This document shows positions 1 through 8,572 of a stretch of DNA of 64,000 nt, one piece after another. Within the stretch, counting starts at the first letter, position 1; the number at the start of each line of letters is the position of its first letter. The stretch comes from Nitrospirota bacterium. Lineage in GTDB: Bacteria; Nitrospirota; JACRHJ01. Location: the NCBI GenBank assembly GCA_963845245.1, contig CAWJRJ010000012.1:85339-149338 (forward strand), given 5' to 3'. The translations under genes and the position numbers were made by a program. A model generated the notes under the pieces. It saw nothing but the letters and a program-made list of their open reading frames with translations, was not told where the DNA came from and did no database searches.

Positions 1-2127
1 AGCCGAGGACTGTAAGCCTGCCGCGCGGGAAGGGCTCAGAGCTTGCCTCGGATATGGACCGGCTGGTCGAACAGCTGAAAAAGGCCATCCCCAAGGCCTT
101 CGAGGGTGAGGAGTTCGAGAAGAAGAGGGAAGACCTCCTGACCGAACATAATATCCAAAGCTCCCGCATAATAGAGGAACTTGACGAAGAATCAAAGAAA
201 CGGGGCTTCTCGCTCGAGAAGTCGCCCAGGGGGCTTGGGCTGGTGCCAAGGAAAAAAGACGGCACGCTGATGTCGCAGGAAGAGTTCGCGGAACAGACTC
301 CGGAGGAGAGGCAGAGGATAGAGGCGGTCGGCAGCGAGCTACAGGACCTGCTGTCGGACGCCATGCGTAAGGTAAGGGAACAGGAGAAGCTGTTCCAGGA
401 AAAGATAAACCAGGCAAACCGCGAGTTCGGGATGTTCGCCGTCGGGCACTTCATAGACGAACTGGAAGAAAAGTACAATGAGTTCCCTAATCTGAGCGCG
501 TATTTTGAAGAGGTACGGGAAGACATACTTAACAACCTGGACGACTTCAAGCAGCAGGGTGCGGCACCGCAGATGCCGTTTATGATGCAGAAACAGGAGC
601 CGTCATTCGAGAGGTACAGGGTGAACCTGCTGGTGGACAATTCCGCCACCTCCGGCGCACCTGTGGTATATGAGCCGAACCCCACCTTCGCCAACCTGTT
701 TGGAAGGATTGAACAGAAGTTCCAGTACGGTGTGGCGACGACCGACTTCAACCTGATAAAATCCGGCGCCTTCCATAAGGCAAACGGAGGGTTCCTGGTC
801 ATAGATGTCATGGACCTCGTCAGGAACCCGTTCTCCTATGAGGGCCTGAAGCGCGTACTGAAGAACAAGGTAGTGGCGATGGAGGATGCTCTTGAGCAGT
901 ACCGCATGATGCCGCTTTATACCCTCAAGCCCGAGCCGATCCCTCTGGACGTCAAAGTGGTGCTTATAGGCCCGCCCAATGTCTATTACATCCTGAATTC
1001 GCTCGACGAAGAGTTCGCCAGGCTGTTCAAGGTGCATGTGGACTTTGACAGCAGGCACGAACGCAACGTCGACATCGTGGACGCATATGCCGGGTTCATC
1101 GCCGAACACAGCCGCAAGGAGGGCTTGAAGGATTTCGCGCCGTCCGGTGTGGCGAGGGTGGTGGAACACTCCGCAAGGTCCGTTTCCGACAAGGAGAAGC
1201 TTACGCTCAAGTTCCAGGAGGTGCTCGACCTCGTGCGCGAATCCTCGTACTGGGCGGGCATGGCGGGGGCGGGTCTCGTCGAACGCGAGCATGTCAACAG
1301 GGCGATAGGCGAGAGCATTTTCCGTTCCAACATGCTGGAGGAGAAGATAAGGCAGGCGATCGACGAAGGGATAATAATGGTGGATGTAAAGGGGGAGGTT
1401 GCCGGACAGGTGAACGGGCTGTCCGTGCTTTCCCTGGGCGATTACTCGTTCGGCAGGCCGAGCAGGATAACGGCCAGTACGTTTATGGGACGCGGCGGGA
1501 TGGTGAACATCGAGCGCGAGGTGAAGATGTCCGGCCCGATACACGACAAGGGCGTGATGATACTGTACCGGGTTCCTGGGGCAGAGGTTTGCAAACGACA
1601 AGCCCCTGACGCTTTCGGCGTCCATTGCCTTCGAGCAGTCATATGAGGGGATCGAGGGCGACTCCGCCTCCTCGACCGAGCTGTACGCGCTTCTTTCGTC
1701 CCTCTCTGGCGTACCGATCAAACAGGGCATAGCCGTGACGGGCTCTGTAAACCAGCGCGGCGAGGTGCAGCCGATCGGCGGCGTCAACGAGAAGATAGAA
1801 GGTTATTTCGAGGTATGCAAGGTCCTGGGCTTCACTGGAGAGCAGGGCGTGATAATCCCGGAGTCTAACGTGCGCCACCTGATGCTGAAGGACGAAGTCG
1901 TGAACGCAGTCAGGGACGGCAGCTTCCATGTCTGGGCCGTGAAGACGGTGGACGAAGGGATCGAGGCGCTTACCGGTATGCCTGCCGGCGAACAGCAGGA
2001 AGACGGTAAATTCCCTGCCGGTACGCTCAACTACCTCGTGGACGAGAGGCTCAGGAAGATGGCGCAGGGCCTGAAGGATTTCGGGGCTCCGGAAGAGAAG
2101 CCGGGGAGCGAGAAGAAGGCCGCGTAA
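1..2127 (+). CDS. Lon-like (LonC/AAA + S16 protease domain) ATP-dependent protease; 5' end lies outside the window; one frameshift at ~1566
   Basis: ORFs 54..1646 and 1735..2127 join if one extra T is removed (ctg-t-acc), giving GVMILTGFLG...FEQSYEGIEGDSAS (catalytic Ser) and QPIGGVNEKIEG (catalytic Lys). GAFHKANGGFL AAA segment present. Frame is open to the window edge. Confidence 0.9.
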
Positions 2128-2267
2128 CAGGATAATTTCCACATTCGATGCCGGCTGCGCAAGCGGTAGAGATTGCCACTGCGCAAGCCGGTTTTCTCTT
2201 TCCGCTTGATAATATGTGAAAATTGTAGTATTCTAAAAAAGATTAGTAACCGCGTATATGTAAAAGA

Positions 2268-3011
2268 ATGGCAATTCAAAACCTAAAGGTAGACTTCCAC
2301 CTTCACACGAAGGAAGACCCCCACGACTTCATATCCTACGACTCGTACAAGCTGGTAGACATACTCTCCGAAAAAGGCTACGACGCCATCGCCGTAACCA
2401 ACCACAACCGCTTCACATATTCTGACCATCTTAGGGATTACGCAAAAGAGAGGGGTATAATACTCTTCAGGAGTGTCGAGCGCACCGTACGGAAGAGGCA
2501 TGTGCTCCTGATTAACTTCAAAGGCGAACTCGGTGACTACAGGAGCCTGGCGGACATCGCAAAGGCCAAGAGGCCTAACAACCTGGTCATAGCCGCGCAC
2601 CCCTACTTCCCCATGCCCACCGCGTCCGGCATAATGCTGGACCGCCACCCGGACGTGTTCGACGCACTGGAGTACTGCCACTACTACGTCAGGAACATAA
2701 ACTTCAACAAATGGGCGGTTTCGCGGGCGTACGAGCTGGACAAGCCGCTCGTGGGCAACTCCGACGCGCACACCAAAAGGCAGATGGGCCGCACCTATTC
2801 GATAGTGAGGGCCGAAAAGGACCCGGAGGCCATAATACAGGCGATCAAGGAGGGTAACGTCGAGGTGGTCACGAAGCCGTTCAGGGCCACCCAACTCATC
2901 CACATCTCTTCTTCTATCTCGTACAGGAATATCAAGGGAAGGCTGATGTGCCTGATCAAGCACGGGAAGTACGGATACCGGGGCGCGGAGGTGGAACATC
3001 CGGTAAGGTAG
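2268..3011 (+). CDS. PHP-domain metal-dependent phosphoesterase
   Basis: DFHLHT, AVTNHN, AAHPY and GNSDAH motifs. Confidence 0.85.
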   Translation: MAIQNLKVDFHLHTKEDPHDFISYDSYKLVDILSEKGYDAIAVTNHNRFTYSDHLRDYAKERGIILFRSVERTVRKRHVLLINFKGELGDYRSLADIAKAKRPNNLVIAAHPYFPMPTASGIMLDRHPDVFDALEYCHYYVRNINFNKWAVSRAYELDKPLVGNSDAHTKRQMGRTYSIVRAEKDPEAIIQAIKEGNVEVVTKPFRATQLIHISSSISYRNIKGRLMCLIKHGKYGYRGAEVEHPVR

Positions 3012-3109
3012 CAGTTACCCCTTTCGAGAAACAATCCCCCCTCTTGTTTACTCGGCAAGGAAAGACCTATTAAAGAAATAAGCTGAACAAGCAGTAAAGG
3101 TTTAAATCA

Positions 3110-3489
3110 ATGAGAGTTTATTTGTCGCTTCTGATGTTTTCAGCGACGCTGTTTTCCTCCCCCATGGTCTTTGCGTCAGACCTGCTCACCCTCCCAGCAT
3201 ATTGCATAAAAGAACCAGACCCAGGCCTTTACCTCCGGTTCAGGGATGACGGGTCGCTGTCTGCGCAGCTTAGGTTCTCCGGCGTGGACAAGGCGAAAGA
3301 CGCCGAAGATGGGCGGAATGCGGCAGGGACGGGCAAGTTCAGATTTTTTCTCAGCCCGGAATTCGGGACCAAGCAAAACCTATGAGTACGAATACCGCCG
3401 CCGGGATGCCGGCCATGGATAACGTCACCGGTTCACGGCTAGGCTCGAACTACGGCATGCAGTGCGGGTTCAGCTGGAAGTTTAAATAG
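3110..3489 (+). CDS. Hypothetical exported protein (probably two frameshifts)
   Basis: Signal peptide in ORF 3110..3385. Removing two single-base insertions continues the frame to ...NYGMQCGFSWKFK* at 3489. Confidence 0.45.
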
Positions 3490-3675
3490 GAACGGGGATA
3501 TTCCGGTCATTCATTACAGTCAGGGTAGCTTCAAGGTCTCTTCCGCATTCTTCAGCGCATTTTCAGGCGTTTCTCCGCCGGTTATAATTCCGGGGAAGTC
3601 CGAGAACCGCACCGCGAAGTAGTCGCCGTCTTCGGACGGGATTATTTTAAATTCGTAATTATATTTTTCTTTCAT
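3482..3675 (-). CDS. HicB-like antitoxin (not in ORF track; one frameshift near 3530)
   Basis: Hand translation MKEKYNYEFKIIPSEDGDYFAVRFSDFPGIITGGETPENALKNAEETL matches the HicB N-terminal pattern. It continues as (K)ATLTVMNDRNIPVPI* with a 1-nt correction. Confidence 0.75.
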
Positions 3676-4609
3676 AACCGCTCTGTTTAATTCGCAATTT
3701 CTTTTTAACTAACTTATCCCAATTCGCACTCTTATATGGCAACTTAAACGAGTTGGTTGCTCCGTCTCCCATGAATTCAACGACAACTTGAAAATTAAGG
3801 GGGCATCGGAAAAACTTTTCGCCTACTGTTAACAAAATATCTTCATCTATAACTTTTACAGTATGAGCAGGCATCCATAGTTCATTAGGGAAACAATAGT
3901 TGGTAAATTTTTCAATCAAACTTGCATTTGAAATCGCTATATCGTAGGGTTTTACTTCTTCTGGCGTAAAACCATCTGGAGCCATTCTTGAAATGAATTT
4001 TTCCAATTCAGATATTACTTTAAATGCTTGAACAAAATGGTAGCGAATATCCCAAGCTAATGAAATAGCTGTGTCCCCGTCGTTATGCAAGAAAGGATGT
4101 GGCCCAACTGAACCATCTGCGTATGCTGTCTCTACAAAATATCCGGGGACAAAAACCGTCTCTGTATGAATCCAAACAGGGCGCATTCTGCCTTGATCAT
4201 GCTTTATGCAATTGACAAGCGCAGCAATGTGCTGACGATAGATATCAATTTTTTCTTTAAACTTCTTGCTAGATTTTTCACCGGATTTGTATATTGATGG
4301 ATCAAAGACAATGTGGGCTATCGTTCTGCAATCTTCGATAAACTCAAATTGTGCATACATGAAATGCTCGTACACGTTCAATATGTTTTTTAGACTTGGG
4401 AGAGCATTCGCAGAGATTGATTGCTGATTTAAAATAGATAATTCATTTAAGACCACCGCTTGCATTTGAAACATTTTAGCAATCGATGTGTTAAATAAAC
4501 CAATTGGATGACGACGAACCTTATCGCCTGGATTAAAAAAGTGGTTTGGTAAAGTTGATATTATATGAGGTAGAACTGGAGCGCCATTTTTAATTGTTAA
4601 ATTAGTCAT
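3659..4609 (-). CDS. AT-rich hypothetical protein (316 aa), possibly HEPN-like
   Basis: Intact ORF in visibly AT-rich DNA; helical region with LVNCIKH. The family assignment is speculative. Confidence 0.6.
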   Translation of the reverse strand: MTNLTIKNGAPVLPHIISTLPNHFFNPGDKVRRHPIGLFNTSIAKMFQMQAVVLNELSILNQQSISANALPSLKNILNVYEHFMYAQFEFIEDCRTIAHIVFDPSIYKSGEKSSKKFKEKIDIYRQHIAALVNCIKHDQGRMRPVWIHTETVFVPGYFVETAYADGSVGPHPFLHNDGDTAISLAWDIRYHFVQAFKVISELEKFISRMAPDGFTPEEVKPYDIAISNASLIEKFTNYCFPNELWMPAHTVKVIDEDILLTVGEKFFRCPLNFQVVVEFMGDGATNSFKLPYKSANWDKLVKKKLRIKQSGYERKI

Positions 4610-4612
4610 TTA

Positions 4613-4846
4613 TCAAATTATCAACGCGGCTACTGAAATATCTTCGTCTATCTCTTCCCAATGTATGCCGACACCATTGCCAATCAGCCGCCACTTCTTG
4701 CGCTGCTTTTCCTTCGCCTCGCGGAGTTTCGGGAACCATTCGAGTGGCACGCTAATTTCGCGACCATCCAATAGCCGCACGTGCATCATGTACCGGTCGA
4801 ACAATACATCTGAGGCCAGAGGATCGGATGTCAGGATGTGTTTCAT
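4613..4846 (-). CDS. DUF2442-domain protein (putative antitoxin-like)
   Basis: HVRLLDGREISVPLEWFPKL...WRLIGNGVGIHWEEIDEDISV is the DUF2442 pattern. The longer ORF-track N-terminus reads through a repeat and is spurious. Confidence 0.85.
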   Translation of the reverse strand: MKHILTSDPLASDVLFDRYMMHVRLLDGREISVPLEWFPKLREAKEKQRKKWRLIGNGVGIHWEEIDEDISVAALII

Positions 4847-4853
4847 TGAAACC

Positions 4854-4915
4854 AGATTCATCGCTACGCTCAGAATGACAACAAGCCACTGGATTCCCGC
4901 TTTCGCGGGAATGAC
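4854..4915. repeat. Two adjacent REP-like palindromic elements
   Basis: agattcatcgctacgctcagaatgac (4854-4879) and ctggattcccgctttcgcgggaatgac (4889-4915). Both end in gaatgac; the second has an ATTCCCGC-N4-GCGGGAAT stem. Confidence 0.75.
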
Positions 4916-4935
4916 ATACTTCGGGCGGCGATATC

Positions 4936-6321
4936 CTACCCCAGCCTCGCCTTCAGCTTCAGATACGGCCCGCCGTCGGTAACCTTCACCCACTCCTTGT
5001 GCCCCTTGCCGCAGTAGCCGAGCCCAAAGATCGTTGACTCGTCGCCGACCATGCTGATGGAATCGAGCATGTCCGGCAGGTAGCCGGTGACGATTACCGG
5101 AGTGAAGACGTTTCCGGTGAGCTTCCCGCCCTTTATCTCCTCTGCAAGGTAGCCCTCAAGCTGGATGCCCCAGCCCTTGGGGTCCTCCATCCCGTTGCTC
5201 GGGTGCGTGAGCAGGAAGCCCGAGTCTATGCTTGCCAGCATGTCCTCGTATTTGTCCTTGCCAGCGCCGAAGAACGTGTTGGTCATGCGCGCGTAGGCCT
5301 TTCGCTCGTAGGACTCGCGCCTGCCGTTTGCCGTGCGCTTCATCCCCAGCCTCGTGGCGGAGTTGAGGTCCGTGATGCCCGAGACCAGAACCCCGTCCTT
5401 GATTATCTGCGTGCGTGACGCGAGCTGGCCCTCGTGGTCGAAGAAGAAGCTTGCCGCCACGCCTTCCTCCACCGGGGAGTCGTACATGTTGACAAGCTCG
5501 GAGCCTACGCGCTTATTCATGAACTCAGCCGCCCGCGAGCGTCCTTTCAGGAACATGTCCGTCTCGGTGCCGTGGCCGAAGCACTCGTGCGCAGTGATGC
5601 CCGCGAACTCTGGAGACATGATGCAGTCGTAATAGCCGGGAGTCAGCCTTGGCGCGCCCAGTATCCTGCCGCAGTCGTGGACGAGGTTCGAAAACTTCTC
5701 GGCCGCGATGGTGGAGTTCTCGTACCCGCCCTGGTTTGAGTTGCCCTCGTGAAGCTGGGCGGTGTCGTCGCCTTCGCGCATTACCGCCTGGATTATTGCC
5801 TGTCCGCGCTTCAAGTCCTGGAACAGGGTCTTGTTGCGGTTGACGTAGAGTTCGCGGCTGCGGGTGAAGGCGTACATCGAGACGGCGTTCACGATACGCT
5901 TGTCCATCGCCTGAAGCTTGTCTCGGAACACCGTGCAGCGGTTCACCTTGTCTGCAAGGGATACGGAGGCGTTCGGTATTACCTCCTGCACCACGAAGTC
6001 CTTCTCAAGCGCCTCGCCGGGGTCAACAGACAGCCCGCCTCCGATGCCCTCGATCTCCGCCATCTTCACGAGCGATTTCGCAGCCTTAGATAGCGAGTCG
6101 GCCGAGAGGTCGCCTGTGGAGTATTCCAGGAACCGGTTGCCGGTGAATACGGTGAATACGACGCCCTTTGAGGGGTCGAGCGGTTCGACGCGCGACTCCC
6201 TGGACATTACCACGACGCGTTCACCCAGTGTCTCCATGGCGAGCGCGGACGCGTACGGGACGGTCTTCTCCATCTCGCCGACGAGGTTTTTCAAAAGTCC
6301 TTTTAAGTTGTAGATATCCAT
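4936..6321 (-). CDS. tldD: TldD/PmbA family metalloprotease (TldD-type)
   Basis: HECFGH zinc motif, FFFDHEG, ARMTNTF, YCGKG. Confidence 0.9.
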   Translation of the reverse strand: MDIYNLKGLLKNLVGEMEKTVPYASALAMETLGERVVVMSRESRVEPLDPSKGVVFTVFTGNRFLEYSTGDLSADSLSKAAKSLVKMAEIEGIGGGLSVDPGEALEKDFVVQEVIPNASVSLADKVNRCTVFRDKLQAMDKRIVNAVSMYAFTRSRELYVNRNKTLFQDLKRGQAIIQAVMREGDDTAQLHEGNSNQGGYENSTIAAEKFSNLVHDCGRILGAPRLTPGYYDCIMSPEFAGITAHECFGHGTETDMFLKGRSRAAEFMNKRVGSELVNMYDSPVEEGVAASFFFDHEGQLASRTQIIKDGVLVSGITDLNSATRLGMKRTANGRRESYERKAYARMTNTFFGAGKDKYEDMLASIDSGFLLTHPSNGMEDPKGWGIQLEGYLAEEIKGGKLTGNVFTPVIVTGYLPDMLDSISMVGDESTIFGLGYCGKGHKEWVKVTDGGPYLKLKARLG

Positions 6322-6329
6322 AGGACATA

Positions 6330-6358
6330 ATTATGTTTATTATTGGCCGCGTTGTCAA
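6330..6358 (-). promoter_or_regulatory. Sigma70-type promoter of tldD (probably leaderless)
   Basis: TTGACA-N17-CATAAT, 8 nt upstream of the ATG. Confidence 0.6.
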
Positions 6359-6448
6359 GGCATATCGCAGGTGATATAATGATAAGGTAAGAGCGGTGGA
6401 AAGCCAGTTTTAAGACGTTAACGTCGTATTTTCAGGAGGTTGAATAAT

Positions 6449-6985
6449 ATGAAAGCGTTGATGATAACTGCGAACGATTTTGAGGATATGGAAGTATTCT
6501 ACCCCTTCTACCGGCTCAAAGAACAGGGCTGGGATGTGACCGTTACGGCCCCCCAGATGTCTACGGTGGTCGGCAAGCATGGATACCAGATGCCGGTGGA
6601 CGATGTGTTCTCGGAGGTCAACCCCGAGGAGTACGACCTCCTCCTGATTCCGGGCGGGAAGGCACCCGAGGTGGTGCGCCTGAGCAAGGATGCGATCAAG
6701 ATCGTCGACCACTTCTTCAACAAAAACAAACCGGTCGCATCTATTTGCCACGGGGTGCAGGTACTGATCTCAGCCGGCAAGTCGAAAGGCCGGAAGGCCA
6801 CATGCTGGAAAGGCGTAAAGGACGACCTGATTGCCGCGGGAGGCAAATATATCGATACCGAGGTTGTGGTGGACGGGAACCTTGTCTCGTCCAGGATGCC
6901 GGACGACCTGCCTGCCTTTATGAGAGAGGTCTTCAGGGTCACATCCGAGATGGCGAAGACTGGCGGCAAGAAAAAGGCCGCCTAA
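6449..6985 (+). CDS. PfpI/DJ-1 family type 1 glutamine amidotransferase-like protein
   Basis: FEDME, IPGGKAPE, ICHG nucleophile, VVVDGNLVSSRMPDDL; GGAGG RBS before ATG 6449. Confidence 0.92.
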   Translation: MKALMITANDFEDMEVFYPFYRLKEQGWDVTVTAPQMSTVVGKHGYQMPVDDVFSEVNPEEYDLLLIPGGKAPEVVRLSKDAIKIVDHFFNKNKPVASICHGVQVLISAGKSKGRKATCWKGVKDDLIAAGGKYIDTEVVVDGNLVSSRMPDDLPAFMREVFRVTSEMAKTGGKKKAA

Positions 6986-6990
6986 AACCG

Positions 6991-7021
6991 AAGGGCGGAG
7001 GAAGAAGCCTCCGCCTTTTTT
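6991..7021 (+). terminator. Intrinsic terminator
   Basis: GGCGGAGG-N6-CCTCCGCC followed by a T run. Confidence 0.75.
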
Positions 7022-7029
7022 GTGAGACT

Positions 7030-8421
7030 ATGGGAAAATACAACTGGAAACCTGAAAAGGCTGGCGGCGCCTTGGGCGCACTGGCGCTTGTGCTTTTCGG
7101 CCTGATCGTTTTTTTCGTGTCATCCTCCCTGAACCGCGGTGGGCGAGGGGATGGAGATTCCAGAGAAGGGGCTGTGCCCGCGGATTTCAGCTATGCGGTC
7201 GAGAAAGTATTGCCCTCCCTGGTAAAAATCGAGAACGAGGGCCTTGGCGGTCATCCTGATATCGGTGGGAGCGGCAAGCAGGTGGAAATCGCCCGTACGA
7301 GTGAGGGAAGTGGTTTCTTCATAGACAGTGAGGGGCGCATCCTCACCAATTACCATGTAGTCGAGGGCGCTCAGACGATAACTGTCATCACGAGAGAAAA
7401 AAAACGTTACAATGCCGAGCTTATAGGCGCGGATATCCTCACCGATATAGCTCTATTGAAGATTAAACCCGATTTTGACGTTACGCCGGTATCCATGGGG
7501 GACTCAAGCCGCCTTAAGGTGGGCCAGTGGGTTATTGCGATAGGAAACCCGCTGGGGCTTGATTTTTTCACCAGCGCGGGGATAGTTTCCGGGTTTGGGC
7601 CTCCAGGGCCGAATTATATAGGGTTTTATGACTTCATACAGGCCGACCTGAACATCGAGCCGGGCAATTCCGGCGGTCCGCTGCTGAATTCCGAAGGGCA
7701 GGTGGTCGGGATAAACAACGCCTATCTCGGGCCGGGGACGAACATAGGTTTTTCCATCCCGATAAACAGGGCAAAAGAGGTCGTCGACCAGCTCCTGGAA
7801 AAGGGCAGCATATCAAGGGGGTTTCTGGGGGTGCTCGGGCAGCCTTTGACCCAGGGCCTTGCGGACAGGCTGGGCCTGAAAGAAGTGAAGGGCGCAATGG
7901 TCACGGAGGTGCTTGACGGAAGCCCCGCACAACTGGGCGGGATAAGAAAACAGGACGTAATCATCGAGTTCAACGGCCAGCCGGTCGATAACGACCGTGA
8001 GCTTCAGGCAAAGGTATACGAGACCCCGGCCAATACGAGGGTGAACTTCCATGTGGTCAGGGACGGCAAAAAGAAGGTCATGCCAGTTACGCTAGGCGAG
8101 CTTAAAGAGCACTCCATCATATCCGAGCAGGCCGTAAGGCAGTGCGGGATAAGTTTTGCAAGGATGACGGACGCGCTAGCCCAAAGGCTCGGCCTGAACG
8201 ATTCGAACGGGCTTCTCGTCCTGAGGGTCATACCCGGCTGCCCGGCATTCGAGGGCGGCTTGCGGTTCGGGGACGTCCTTCTGGAAGTGGAAGGCAACAA
8301 GGTGTACAACGAGGCCGATTTCTACCGGTTATATTCAAGGCTTACACCCGGAAAACAGATGATGCTCAAGGTTTTCAGGGATGGAAGGCCTATCTATCTG
8401 ACCATCAAACAGGGCGAATGA
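7030..8421 (+). CDS. Do/HtrA family serine protease with two PDZ domains
   Basis: N-terminal TM segment, GSGF, TNYHVV, TDIALLK, GNSGGPL; true start is ATG 7030. Confidence 0.92.
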   Translation: MGKYNWKPEKAGGALGALALVLFGLIVFFVSSSLNRGGRGDGDSREGAVPADFSYAVEKVLPSLVKIENEGLGGHPDIGGSGKQVEIARTSEGSGFFIDSEGRILTNYHVVEGAQTITVITREKKRYNAELIGADILTDIALLKIKPDFDVTPVSMGDSSRLKVGQWVIAIGNPLGLDFFTSAGIVSGFGPPGPNYIGFYDFIQADLNIEPGNSGGPLLNSEGQVVGINNAYLGPGTNIGFSIPINRAKEVVDQLLEKGSISRGFLGVLGQPLTQGLADRLGLKEVKGAMVTEVLDGSPAQLGGIRKQDVIIEFNGQPVDNDRELQAKVYETPANTRVNFHVVRDGKKKVMPVTLGELKEHSIISEQAVRQCGISFARMTDALAQRLGLNDSNGLLVLRVIPGCPAFEGGLRFGDVLLEVEGNKVYNEADFYRLYSRLTPGKQMMLKVFRDGRPIYLTIKQGE

Positions 8422-8572
8422 GCCCGGTTGTCACCACGGCATACCCACCAGCCCGATATATTCCCGGTTTTTCAGACAGTTGGGGCAGATTTAATTTAGT
8501 TGATTTTGGGTCTTATATATTATACATTAATGACTTGCAGTTTCTTCGTTTTGTATTGAATGGAGGTCTTTG

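Noticed and set aside
6745..7029. Long N-terminal extension of HtrA
   Set aside because: It overlaps pfpI in another frame and crosses a terminator; the real start is 7030.
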